From: an uncultured Gemmatimonadales bacterium
Lineage (GTDB): Bacteria > Gemmatimonadota > Gemmatimonadetes > Gemmatimonadales > GWC2-71-9
Length of the DNA stretch: 64,000 nt
Direction of reading: 5' to 3'
Assembly: GCA_963842945.1 (NCBI GenBank)
Contig: CAWJIM010000005.1
Span: forward strand, 32,001-96,000
Shown: in pieces, positions 43,754-54,171 of the stretch
Position numbering within the stretch: the first letter of the stretch is position 1
How the letters are laid out: each line of letters opens with the position of its first letter
The notes under the pieces: model-generated
Seen by the model: only the letters and a program-made list of their open reading frames with translations
Databases searched by the model: none
What the model was told of the DNA's origin: nothing
Program-made: the position numbers and the translations under genes

Positions 43754-45985
43754 ATGCTCGGTCTTGCCGCTGGTATCCTGCTTCTGGTCCAGGCGCCCCA
43801 GCCATCGATAACTGGAGTGGTGTGGGACGGGGAGAGTGGTGCCCGTCTGGCCGACGCCCTGGTGGCCTTGCCCGATCTCAACCGCTCGGTCACCACTGAC
43901 TCTCTGGGACGCTATCGGTTTCACGATCTTCCCCCCGGTCCCCAACATCTGACTGTCCGCCGGATCGGTTACGCTCCCCGCACGCTGCACGCCTTCGTGC
44001 CGGATCAGGGGCTGCTCGAGATCGACATTTCGCTCCAGCCCGCGCCCATGCACCTCCCCGGTCTGGTGGTTCGCTCGCCCGCCGCGCTGCCGGGTCTGGA
44101 GGAGGGCGACAGCACCCCCTTCCCGGACCGCGGTGTTTCCATCGCCGCCGTGCGTAACGATCCTCTGCTGGCGGAGCCCGATGGGCTGCTGGCGCTGGAC
44201 GGAGGCGAGATTACCAGCAACCCCGAATCGCCCAGCGGACTCCATGTGCGAGGAGCCGCGTCGGATCAGACCGGCTATCTGCTGGACGGGATCCCGGTGT
44301 TCAGCCCCTATCACACGGCGGGCATCTTCAGCGCCTGGAATCCGGACGCCCTGGAGCGACTTCAGGTCTCGTCCTCCACGCCGTCGCCCGCCTACCAGGA
44401 GGCACTCTCGGGGACGGTTACGGCCATCACCCGGGCCCCCGCCTCCACGTTCACCACACAGGGGACAATGAGCACCAGCCAGGCCAGGGTCATGGTAGAC
44501 GGGCCGCTGGGGAACCAGGGAGCCGGTTTTCTAGTGAGCCTCCGGGCAGGCTACCCTGGCTGGGCCGCTCCCCGGCAGGACCCGTCCTATCTCCGAGGGG
44601 AAACCCAGGATCTTCTGGCCAAACTGGAGACCCCGCTGCTCAAAGGCAGTCTTCGACTTCTGTTCTTCGAGCTGGGGAATTCGGTGGCCTCGTCCACCCA
44701 AGCGGAGACGACCGGGCCGAGGAACGGCTTCGAGTGGGGCAGCCGCTCTATCGGAGCGCAATGGGGCAGGGACCTGGGCTCGGCCGTGGTCAGGCTCCAG
44801 GGCTGGAGCGCGTCATCCGAAGCCGAAGCCACCTGGCTGGGTGCAGCCCCGCTCGACATGGTCGGCGAACGTCAGGATGAGGGCCTGCTTGCGCTCCTGG
44901 AGACGGACGGTTTGACGTCGTCCACCACGGCGGGCTTCCGATTGGAGCGGAGCCATACGACCTACCGTTCCGGCACGGCGAATACCAGCCCGGTACTGGA
45001 GCTGAATGCGCGGGTGCCGCTGGCAACCGGCTTCCTGCAACACCGGCGCGAGCTGGGACGGCGGCTGACCGGGTCAGCTGGAATGGCGGGAATCTGGGCA
45101 GCGGGCGGGCTGCATCTGAATCTGCAGGGCGGACTGCGCTGGCGCGTCTGGCAGCCGGTCGTGCTATCGGCCAGCTACATGCGCTCTCACCAGTTCGCCC
45201 AGTCACTTCGCAACGGTGAATCGGTGGTGGGAAACATCTTTCCGGCGGAGCTGTTCACCGGATCGGGAGCCAATGGTGTTCCGGTGGCTCGCAACGACCG
45301 GGGAGTTCTCGCTGCCGATTACCGTCCAACTGCCAACCTCAGACTCGGTCTCCAGGGCTTTGTCAGCAACTACAGCGGTCTCCTTCTGGTCGCGCCCAGC
45401 ACCACCGAGCCGTTTGCCACCCGCGGTTTCATGACCGGATCGGGAACCGTCCCGGGTGTCTCGGTCAACGCGGCTCTGAGTGGCGCCCGATATGGACTGC
45501 TCGCCAGTTACGGCTGGCAACGGGTGCAGCTGGAGTACACCGATTCGAGCTACACACCAGCCTACGGCACCAGCCAGGTTCTCGAGCTCGGTGCCATCGT
45601 GTTCCCGTCCGCTACCTCCTCCATCCGGGTCGGGTTTACCGGATCGTTCGGCCGCCGATCCACCGGCGTGACCGGCGCTTTCGAGTGGGAGGCCTGCAAT
45701 CTGCTCGACCAGGGCTGTGAGTTCGGCGGGAGTCCCCAGACAGAGGATGCTTTGGGTGCGATCAAGCTCCCGGCATACGCCCGGATCGATCTGGGGGTCA
45801 GGAGGCACTGGCATCTGCGACTGGTTGGCAGAGACGTGATGCTGGCTGCCTACGGAACGCTCACCAACCTGCTGGGCCGCAGCAATGTGCTCACCATTGC
45901 CACCGATCCCGCCACCGGCCGGCGCAGCGCCATCGAGATGCGTCCGCGCGCTCCTCTCGTTGTAGGGCTCGATTGGCGATTCTGA
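43754..45985 (+). CDS. TonB-dependent-receptor-like outer-membrane protein
   Basis: Carboxypeptidase-regulatory-like N-domain, LHVRG..SDQ..YLLDGIPVFSPYH, LPAYARIDLG, ends GLDWRF. Confidence 0.82.
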   Translation: MLGLAAGILLLVQAPQPSITGVVWDGESGARLADALVALPDLNRSVTTDSLGRYRFHDLPPGPQHLTVRRIGYAPRTLHAFVPDQGLLEIDISLQPAPMHLPGLVVRSPAALPGLEEGDSTPFPDRGVSIAAVRNDPLLAEPDGLLALDGGEITSNPESPSGLHVRGAASDQTGYLLDGIPVFSPYHTAGIFSAWNPDALERLQVSSSTPSPAYQEALSGTVTAITRAPASTFTTQGTMSTSQARVMVDGPLGNQGAGFLVSLRAGYPGWAAPRQDPSYLRGETQDLLAKLETPLLKGSLRLLFFELGNSVASSTQAETTGPRNGFEWGSRSIGAQWGRDLGSAVVRLQGWSASSEAEATWLGAAPLDMVGERQDEGLLALLETDGLTSSTTAGFRLERSHTTYRSGTANTSPVLELNARVPLATGFLQHRRELGRRLTGSAGMAGIWAAGGLHLNLQGGLRWRVWQPVVLSASYMRSHQFAQSLRNGESVVGNIFPAELFTGSGANGVPVARNDRGVLAADYRPTANLRLGLQGFVSNYSGLLLVAPSTTEPFATRGFMTGSGTVPGVSVNAALSGARYGLLASYGWQRVQLEYTDSSYTPAYGTSQVLELGAIVFPSATSSIRVGFTGSFGRRSTGVTGAFEWEACNLLDQGCEFGGSPQTEDALGAIKLPAYARIDLGVRRHWHLRLVGRDVMLAAYGTLTNLLGRSNVLTIATDPATGRRSAIEMRPRAPLVVGLDWRF

Positions 45986-46035
45986 TACCTGTCACAAGAA
46001 AACACGTTTGTTGGCTCCACTCATGTGGCAGTGAC

Positions 46036-46139
46036 CACCTCATCCCGAGCGCAGCGAGGGATCCAGGCCGTGGGTTCAGCACGGTAGCAGAGATTGCGAC
46101 ATACAGGGGTAGATCCCTCGTTTCTCTCGGGATGAGGTG
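46036..46139. repeat. REP-like inverted doublet (REPIN-like), copy 2
   Basis: CACCTCATCCCGAGCGCAGCGAGGGATC ... GATCCCTCGtttCTCTCGGGATGAGGTG. Confidence 0.75.
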
Positions 46140-46143
46140 AGTA

Positions 46144-46656
46144 GTGGCCCTGGAGTTCGATGCGCTGTTCTCGGAACTCTTTGAAAGGGAGTTTCCCCGC
46201 CTGTTCCGCTATCTCGACCGACTGTCGGGCGAGCCGGATCTTGCGGCCGACCTGGTGCAGGAGGCCTTCGTGCGGCTGAACGACCGGGGCGAGATGCCTG
46301 ACCGCCCTGCGCTGTGGCTGGTCACTGTGGCCCTGAATCTGTTTCGCAACGTGAAGACCACCCGTTCGAGAAGACGCCGGCTGCTCACCGCCACGCGGGT
46401 CGAGGCAACTCTGGCGGATTCGCCGCCGAACCCGGCCGAGAGAGTTCAGGCCGAAGAAACCCGGGCCCAGGTACGCCATGCAATAGATCGGCTGGAGGAC
46501 CGAGACCGCCAGCTGCTTCTGTTGCGAGCGGAAGGATACAGTTACCGCGATATGGCCTCTGTGCTGGGGTTGAACGAGAACAGCGTCGGTACGCTCCTGG
46601 CGCGGGCCAAACGGGCCTTCCGCGAAGCGTACCAGGAGGACCCCCATGCATCTTGA
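46144..46656 (+). CDS. ECF sigma-70 factor
   Basis: AADLVQEAFVRL, WLVTVALN (region 2); EGYSYRDMA.VLG...SVGTLLARA (region 4). Confidence 0.92.
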   Translation: MALEFDALFSELFEREFPRLFRYLDRLSGEPDLAADLVQEAFVRLNDRGEMPDRPALWLVTVALNLFRNVKTTRSRRRRLLTATRVEATLADSPPNPAERVQAEETRAQVRHAIDRLEDRDRQLLLLRAEGYSYRDMASVLGLNENSVGTLLARAKRAFREAYQEDPHAS

Positions 46657-47374
46657 TCCGGAGCAGCTGGAGCGCACGCTGCATGGCGAGTTGCGGCCGG
46701 ATGATGGCTCGGTCCGGGAGCACCTGGCCGGGTGTCAGGAGTGCCGGCTTCGAGTCAGTCAGGCCGAGCAGGACGAGGCCTGGATCATGGAGCAGCTGCG
46801 CCACCTGGATCATCGCCAGCCATCGCCGACGATCCGGATCAGCTCGGCGGCGCCCCGTCGGGTGGGCTGGTCCCGGCCGCAGCGGCTGGCGGCAGGTCTG
46901 GCGCTCACGGTTGCGGCTGCAGGTGCGGCCTATGCTGTGCCCGGCTCTCCACTTCCCCGGGCGGTTCACCACGTCGTCAGCCTGTTGCAGGGGTCCAGCC
47001 GCACATCGCCGACTCCTCCTCCAGTTCCTGCCCCATCTCGATTCCAGGGTGGAATCGCGGTAGCCCCCGGAAATCACTTCGCCATTGTCTTCTCCGGGGT
47101 GGTGCCGGCCGGTAGCGCGAGGCTTTCCCTGACCAGCGGTGAGGATTTGCTGGTGCGAGCCTTGGATGGGGCGAACTTCCAATCGGACGTGGACCGGTTG
47201 CTGGTGGAGAGCAAGACACCCGGCGCCAAGTTCGAGGTGGAGATTCCTCGCTCGGCGCCATCGGTCGAGATCCGAGTGGGCGGACGAATCGTGTTCCGAA
47301 AGGACTCCTCCCGAATCGCAACCAATGCCCCGATATCGGCGGATGGGAGCTACCGGCTGATGTTGGGGAACTGA
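46646..47374 (+). CDS. Zinc-binding (HxxxCxxC) membrane anti-sigma factor
   Basis: HLAGCQEC, one TM helix, overlaps the ECF gene. Confidence 0.85.
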   Translation: MHLDPEQLERTLHGELRPDDGSVREHLAGCQECRLRVSQAEQDEAWIMEQLRHLDHRQPSPTIRISSAAPRRVGWSRPQRLAAGLALTVAAAGAAYAVPGSPLPRAVHHVVSLLQGSSRTSPTPPPVPAPSRFQGGIAVAPGNHFAIVFSGVVPAGSARLSLTSGEDLLVRALDGANFQSDVDRLLVESKTPGAKFEVEIPRSAPSVEIRVGGRIVFRKDSSRIATNAPISADGSYRLMLGN

Positions 47375-47467
47375 ACAGGGTATCCCGGGTGACCATTGGT
47401 GACACCCGTCACGAGCTGAGCGCTCAAAGGTTCCTAATAAGAACCTGCTACTCTCCAGGAGATTGTT

Positions 47468-48250
47468 ATGAAGCCTCTCGCTTTAATCATCGCGCTGACG
47501 GTTCCATTGCTCTGGAGCTGCGACGGTCAGCCAACTCAGCCCTCCGACGCCGGATCGGACCCGGCCCCAAGCAAAGCCAGTGCGCTGGCCAGCGCGTCGT
47601 CGGCCGAACAGCCGAACATCTCTCCTCATTTTGACCCCAGCAACTTCGTCCGAGTGGTGGATAATCCTCTCTTCCCGCTCCGGCCAGGCACGCGGTTCGT
47701 ATTCGAGGGTGAGGAGGATGGTGAGACCGAGACCAACGTGACCATCGTGACTCACGACCGAAAGAACATCCTCGGCGTCAGCGCCATCGTGGTTCTGGAC
47801 CGGGTCTTCGTCGAGGGTGAGCTGAAGGAGAAGACCTTCGATTGGTACGCGCAGGACAAGCAGGGGAACGTCTGGTATCTGGGGGAGAACACCAAGGAGT
47901 ACGAGGACGGCAAGGTGGTGAGCACGGAGGGTAGCTGGCAGGCGGGCAGAGATGGCGCCGAGCCCGGCATCATCATGCTGGCGCATCCGCGAGTCGGCGA
48001 CAGCTATCGCCAGGAATTCTTCGTCGGTGAGGCGGAGGACCAGGCCCGCGTCGTCGCGCGAGACCTAGACCAGCGGGTGCCCTACGGCTCGTTTGAGAAC
48101 TGCATGAGGACGGTGGAGTTCACTCGCCTGGAGCCGGGAGTGAAGGAGGCCAAGATCTTTTGTCCCGGTGTTGGCTTCGTGAGGGCCCATGGGGTGGAGG
48201 GCCCCACCACCCGCCTGGTGCTGACCGACATTACCCAGGTGTCTCGCTAG
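47468..48250 (+). CDS. Conserved hypothetical lipoprotein
   Basis: LLWSC lipobox; DNPLFPLRPG, DWYAQD..GNVWYLGE, GSWQAG.DGA.PG. Confidence 0.8.
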   Translation: MKPLALIIALTVPLLWSCDGQPTQPSDAGSDPAPSKASALASASSAEQPNISPHFDPSNFVRVVDNPLFPLRPGTRFVFEGEEDGETETNVTIVTHDRKNILGVSAIVVLDRVFVEGELKEKTFDWYAQDKQGNVWYLGENTKEYEDGKVVSTEGSWQAGRDGAEPGIIMLAHPRVGDSYRQEFFVGEAEDQARVVARDLDQRVPYGSFENCMRTVEFTRLEPGVKEAKIFCPGVGFVRAHGVEGPTTRLVLTDITQVSR

Positions 48251-48256
48251 TTCGCC

Positions 48257-48694
48257 TCAATCCTGTGACGCCGCCGTCGGAGGCGCGTCGCCGCCAGGGT
48301 CTGCGCTCATGGAAGAGCCGCTGCTTGGGGGGATAACCGTAACGGTCTTCCCCGGCAGGAGCTCGTGCTCGTCTGCCGGCTCACTTGTTGGGGGAGGAGA
48401 CTCCACGACCGGGCTGAGGGTGATAGGAATGATGGGCAACGGCTCGTAATGGACCGGAACGATCACGGGCTCCAACAACGGCGGCGTTGGGCGCGGCTTG
48501 CTCGTTCGACGTGCCGGGTGTTGCTGGATGGGACGGCCAACCTCCACCGGTAAAGCAACCTCAGCCCGAGGCGATGATGGCAGCACCTGTAGGGTGAGCT
48601 CTCTCTTGGTAACAGCGGGGGCGGCCGGGTCGGGTTCCGGCGTTCCACAGGCGGCCGCGACAATAGCAAGGGGGAGAAGAAATATCTTGCGCAT
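48257..48694 (-). CDS. Pro-rich hypothetical lipoprotein
   Basis: MRKIFLLPLAIVAAAC lipobox; GGAG SD. Confidence 0.55.
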   Translation of the reverse strand: MRKIFLLPLAIVAAACGTPEPDPAAPAVTKRELTLQVLPSSPRAEVALPVEVGRPIQQHPARRTSKPRPTPPLLEPVIVPVHYEPLPIIPITLSPVVESPPPTSEPADEHELLPGKTVTVIPPSSGSSMSADPGGDAPPTAASQD

Positions 48695-48960
48695 GAAGTC
48701 TCCGGACATGAACTGCTCGTGTTCCACAGTAGACGCCGGGATCGAGCTTCACCACACGCAGTTGCATGCTTCAATGTGCACCGATGTCCAAGCCTTACTA
48801 CTTTCAGAGCGTCTCAGGCAACGCGAGATCAGGAGCGTTGCCACGGCCGACGGTAGATAGATAGTGGGTTTCATCGCTTCCTCCTCACTGCTGGCGTTCA
48901 TTCAATCATCCACTTCCCATATATCTGTCGAATGAGCGCCGCTGAAATCGACACACCGAC

Positions 48961-51313
48961 ATGAACCGCAACGCTCCCGCTATCCTCCTGCCATTCGTTC
49001 TGATTCTCGGCGCCACCGACCTCGCATGGTCTCAGCAGGATTCCGCGCCGGCTGTTATGGACGGGATCAGCAATCAGGGAAAGAACCAGGCCGACCCCTA
49101 CGCCGCTGCCGGCGACCGGAGCTACATCATCGGGACCCAGGACGGGAAGTTTCCCGATCTGGGCGGCCATGTGTCAGGCGAGATGGGTGGGGTCTGGATC
49201 CATCCCATCAAACTGGTGGATGGCTTCTGGGCCAGGGTCAGCGAGGAGGGAACCAACCAGGAGGTCCAACTCCAGTCGGCCACCGAATTCATCAACTATC
49301 CCTACGGCAATCGGTTTCGCTATGGCGAGGTGGTGAACGATGTAGAGATCGAGCGCTTTCAGTTCAGCCCGGATGGATACCCGGGCGCTGTGGTGCAATA
49401 CGTCTTCAAGAACAAGGCCGACCGCCGCCGCAACCTGAATCTGCGAGCTTGCCGTCAAGACCGACCTCCTCCCGGTGTGGTTCTCCGATGAGCTCGGCAT
49501 CAAGGACGCACCGGACACCGTCGCCTGGGACCGGACCCGGAACCGGTTTCTGGCCCGGGACACTCGGCATCCGTGGTTCGCCCTTTGGGGAGCAGTTCCC
49601 TCCGATCGTGCCCAACCGGTCGAGCACCCTCAACCGATACCCACGAAAGGAATGGGTGGCACAGCGGCATCGCGTCACCCGGTCACGCTGGAGCCTCACG
49701 ACAGCGCGACTCTGACCTTCATCATCGCCGGCTCAGCTACCGGTAAGGCTGAGGCTGACAGCGCCTACGCGTATCTGGCCCGGCATCACTCGAGCCTGCT
49801 GGCCCGGAAGAAAGACCACTATGCCGCCATCGTGCGGCGGGGACGAATCACGATCCCCGACCGGCGTCTGCAGGAGGTCTACGATTGGGTAAAGGTGAAC
49901 GCCGAGTGGATGGTGAGGAACGTGCCCGGAATCGGGCGCGGACTCGGTGGCGGGCTGATGGAGTATCCGTGGTGGTTTGGGACCGAAGGGTACTCGCTGC
50001 TGGCGCTCACAGCGTCGGGAGATTACACCGTGCCCAGGCAGACGCTGAGACTGCTGCGGAGCCAGTCGGCCAAGGCGAACGGCAATGGCAGGATCCTGCA
50101 TGAGGTCACCACCAATGGCGGTGTCTCCAACCCGGGCAACACTCAGGAAACTGCGCTGTTCATCATGGTGGTCGGCAAGCTGGTGCAGTGGAGCGGCGAT
50201 CTGAGCTTTGCCCGGGAGATGTATCCCGCCATGACTTCTGGACTCCACTGGTTGCTCAGCGACGCAGACCGAAACCGAAACCTCTTCCCGGAGGGCTACG
50301 GGATCATGGAGGTGCTGGGTCTCAACGCCGAGGTGATCGACGTGGCGGTGTACACTCAGCAGGCGTTGCTGGCCACTTCCCGGGTGGCGGCGATGCTCGG
50401 TAAGCGCGAGGCGGCGGAGCGCTATCGGGGGACAGCGGCACAGTTAGCCAGCAGGATCGAGCAGCGTTTCTGGATCGAGGAGGAAGGTTCCTACGGTGAT
50501 TTCTACGGGACCAGGGCTCAGGCCATCAGCACCGTGGAAGGAGCGACCAAGCAGATCGGACTCAAAGGTGCAAACGAGCTGACCGACCAGGACAGGCATT
50601 CGATCGCGTATTACGAACAGCTCAAGCAACGATTCGCCGCCATGCCCGACAGCAGCAGAGCCTGGATCACCAATCGGAATTGGGTGATCAGCACCCCGGT
50701 GGAGGTGGGCATTGCGCCGCGGGACCGGGCGCTCCGGCTGCTGGACCAGGTTCGAAAAAAGAACGTGGGTGAGTATGGCCCGTACCTGTCCGCCACAGAG
50801 AAACAGGCGATGATGACCATCTCGACTGGTGTACAGGCGGTATCCGAGGCCCGCTATGGACGGGTCGACCAGGCGCTCTGGTACATGAACAAGATCGTGG
50901 AGACGTTCGGCCGAAAGCTGCCGGGATCGATCTCGGAGATGATGCCGGACTACGGCTGCTTTGCCATCTCCTGGACTGCTTACGGGATTCTGGTGCCGCT
51001 GATCGAGCAGATCTTCGGCATCCAGGCCGACGCCCCGAACAAGACCGTGGTGTTCGAGCCGCAGCTGCCTCGGGGCTGGGAGAACCTCAGCATCCAGGAC
51101 CTGCCGGTTGGAGCCAACCTGATCTCCTTCTCCCGCGCCAAGACGGACAAGGGCATCGAATACACCATCGAAGCGAAGCAAAGCGGGTGGACCTTTGTTC
51201 TGAAGGATGGCTCGACAGGGGCCAGGTACATGGTGAACGGCAAGGCCGTATCGCCTACCTCCTCCGGAATACGGATGAATGGAAGGACTAACCACGTTCT
51301 CCTGGTGCAGTAG
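48961..51313 (+). CDS. Secreted six-hairpin glycosidase (glycogen-debranching / amylo-alpha-1,6-glucosidase-like); frameshift ~49445
   Basis: Signal peptide; GGL.EYPWWFG, GRILHE, D.N.NLFPEGYGIME, PGSISEMMPDYGC...W. Confidence 0.75.
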
Positions 51314-51393
51314 CTGAGCGGCGTCTTGCGCACCTACAATGTGCGCGATAATTCTTGACCGATCATAGCCGTTCTCAGACCCAGGAGAGCAAA

Positions 51394-52494
51394 ATGCATC
51401 GTACCTTCGCAATGACCGGGCTGGCCGCTGGCGTTGCCGGCGCCATAGTCCTTGCTTGTTCCGGTAGTCCCGATCCTGCCACCGCACCTTCCACTCCCAT
51501 GCTCGCGGCAACTGCCGCCGGCCCGACGGTCGATACTCAACGAAGCGGTACCACCAACCGGCTCCAGGCGGTGGACCCGGTGAATCGAAACGTGGTATGG
51601 GCCAGCGGTGTTGGCGGGACGTTCGTGGTCACCACCGACGGCGGACAGCACTGGCGTAAAGGGGTGGTGGCGGGCGCCAGCAATCTCGAGTTCAGAGACG
51701 TGGAAGGGGTAAGCGCCAACGTGGCCTATCTGATGTCGTCCGGCCCCGGCGCCGCGTCCCGGATTTACAAGACGACCAATGGCGGACAGAGCTGGTCGCT
51801 GCAGTTCCAGAACGACAAGGAGAACGCGTTCTACGACTGTTTCGACTTCTGGACCCCACAGCGTGGCCTCGCGTTCAGCGATCCGGTCGACCGTCGCTTC
51901 CCCGTGCTCCGGGTAACCGACGGGAGGCATTGGCAGGATATCGGTGACCGGCTGCCCCGCGCCCTCGAGGGCGAGTTCGGCTTTGCCGCCAGCGGCACCT
52001 GTATCGCGACCCAGGGCGACCAGCGCGCCTGGATCACCACCGGCGGCGCCAGCGTCGCCCGGGTATTGGCCACCACCGACGGCGGGCAGACCTGGCACGC
52101 GTACGACACGCCGCTGGTGTCCAACCCCAACGCCGGCGCATTCACCATAGCGTTCCGGAACGCCTCGGATGGTATCGTGGCCGGAGGAGATCTGACTCCG
52201 TGGCATCCTCATCCTCGGGCGCGTATCGCCACCTCCGATGATGGCGGCAGGACCTGGAGCCTGGTGAAGACACCGCCGTTCAATGGCGCGGTGTTCGGCC
52301 TCAGCTATGTGCCGGGACGTGGACGGCTGGTGGTGATCACCGGACCTGCCGGTGCCGCCTGGTCCCGAACTGAAGGGGAAGAGGGCTGGACCACGATCCC
52401 CGGTGTCGAAGGGTTCTGGGCTGTCGCGTTTGCCGATGAGCACTCCGGCTGGCTGGTGGGCACCGACGGGAGAATCCTGAAGGTCAGTTTCTGA
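51394..52494 (+). CDS. BNR/Asp-box beta-propeller lipoprotein (Ycf48-like)
   Basis: IVLAC lipobox; TTDGGQHW, TTNGGQSW, TTDGGQTW, SDDGGRTW; FAASGTC. Confidence 0.85.
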   Translation: MHRTFAMTGLAAGVAGAIVLACSGSPDPATAPSTPMLAATAAGPTVDTQRSGTTNRLQAVDPVNRNVVWASGVGGTFVVTTDGGQHWRKGVVAGASNLEFRDVEGVSANVAYLMSSGPGAASRIYKTTNGGQSWSLQFQNDKENAFYDCFDFWTPQRGLAFSDPVDRRFPVLRVTDGRHWQDIGDRLPRALEGEFGFAASGTCIATQGDQRAWITTGGASVARVLATTDGGQTWHAYDTPLVSNPNAGAFTIAFRNASDGIVAGGDLTPWHPHPRARIATSDDGGRTWSLVKTPPFNGAVFGLSYVPGRGRLVVITGPAGAAWSRTEGEEGWTTIPGVEGFWAVAFADEHSGWLVGTDGRILKVSF

Positions 52495-53643
52495 CCCAGT
52501 ACGATGTCATTGTCGTAGGCCTGGGCGGGATGGGGAGCGCCACGCTCTTTCATCTCGCCCGGCGCGGCCTCCGCGTTCTTGGCCTGGAACGCTACGACCT
52601 GCTCCACGAATACGGCTCATCCCACGGTCTCACCCGCATCATCCGTCTGGCCTATTGGGAGCATCCCGGTTACGTCGCCTTGCTGCGCCGCTCGTACCAG
52701 CTGTGGCGCGAGCTCGAGCGACTCTCGGGTGAACAACTGCTCCACATCACCGGCAGCATCGATGGCGGTCCGGGAAACGGCCCGGTGTTTACCGGGGCGC
52801 TTCGCTCGAGCGAGCAGCATGGATTGCCCTATGAGGTGATGGATGGGGCCGAGCTGAACCGACGCTTTCCCGGATACCGGCTGCCGCGGGAGATCCAGTG
52901 CCTCTATCAGCCCGAGGGCGGGTTTCTCCTGCCGGAGCGGTGCAACCTGGCCCATATCAATGCAGCGCTGGCCGCAGGCGCTGCAGGCGCGATATCGAGA
53001 GCCGGTAATAGAATGGGGGGTGACTGGAGGGCGCTGCTGGGTCCGTACCTTACGCGAGCGGTACGAAGCGGGGAGACTGGTCATCGCAGCCGGCGCCTGG
53101 GCATCGAAGCTGGTGCCGGAGCTTGCTGAGCTGGCGGTGCCCGAACGGCAGGTGCTCGCCTGGCTCCAAACGACCCGGCCCGAGCGATTCACACCCGATG
53201 TCTTTCCCGTCTTCTATATCGAGTTGGAGGAGGGGCGCTACTACGGCTTCCCCAGCTTCCTGGTCCCGGGCTTCAAGTTCGGCCGCTACCACCATCGCCA
53301 GGAGCGAGTCGATCCCGATCGGATGAATCGCGAGCCCGACCCGGAGGACGAGCAGCTGCTGCGGACGTTTGCCGAGCGCTACTTTCCCGATGCAGCCGGT
53401 CCCACGCTGATGCTCAAGACCTGTCTCTTCACCAACAGTCCGGACGAGCACTTCATCCTGGACCTACATCCCACTCATCCCGAGGTGGCGCTGGCCGCCG
53501 GGTTTTCCGGACACGGCTACAAGTTCTGCAGCGTGGTCGGGGAGATCATGGCTGATCTGGCCCAGAAAGGGGAGACGGAACACAACATCGGGTTCCTGGG
53601 GCTGAAGCGGTTCGCGGGAGCCGAAACTGCTCGGCGGCCTTAG
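52491..53643 (+). CDS. solA: Monomeric sarcosine / N-methyl-tryptophan oxidase; probable CTG start; frameshift ~52985
   Basis: YDVIVVGLGGMGSA Rossmann motif, GSSHGLTRIIR, CLFTNSPD (FAD Cys), GFSGHGYKF. Confidence 0.9.
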
Positions 53644-53657
53644 TCGGACGCCTGCGA

Positions 53658-54101
53658 TCACCAGCGGGTGGTAGAAAGCGTATCCCGCTTGGGCTCCTGG
53701 GATTTGAGGTAGCTGACCAGTCGCCAGATCGCGTCAGGGGGCAGGGTGCCTCCCCACGCCGGCATCCCGCGGGCTCGTCCGTAGAAAATCGAGTGATAGA
53801 TCTCGCCGTCGGCGCCGCCGTATTTCCACCGGCCGTCCACCAGACTCGGTCCTTCGGCTCCCACCGCGCCACCCCCATGGCACCCGTCGCAGTTGAAGGA
53901 AGAGAAGAGCTTTCCCCCGTCTTCCGCTGCCTGTTTGTCATCCTTGAGTGGGTTCTCGAGTGTCCCCGCCGGCGGTGGCGTTCCTCCCGCGTCCACGTGC
54001 TGGTCGTAGTTGATGGCCGGAGGAGCGCTGCGCTGCGCCTGAGCGGCACCAGCTGCCAGGCACAGGGCCACAACTGCCGCCAGTATCCGCGTGTTTGTCA
54101 T
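53658..54101 (-). CDS. xoxG: Periplasmic monoheme cytochrome c, XoxG/MxaG-like
   Basis: Signal peptide, ENP, NCDGCHG, GPSL.D..W.YGG, GMPAWG; last gene of the PQQ dehydrogenase operon. Confidence 0.82.
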   Translation of the reverse strand: MTNTRILAAVVALCLAAGAAQAQRSAPPAINYDQHVDAGGTPPPAGTLENPLKDDKQAAEDGGKLFSSFNCDGCHGGGAVGAEGPSLVDGRWKYGGADGEIYHSIFYGRARGMPAWGGTLPPDAIWRLVSYLKSQEPKRDTLSTTRW

Positions 54102-54171
54102 CGACGCTCCCCTAGCTCGTAGCTTCCAGCTTGTAGCTCCTGGCTCCCGGCTCCACCACCTGGCGACTGAC

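Noticed and set aside
51394..52494. Photosystem assembly factor (Ycf48) implying phototrophy
   Set aside because: Generic Asp-box propeller; no photosynthesis genes in the window
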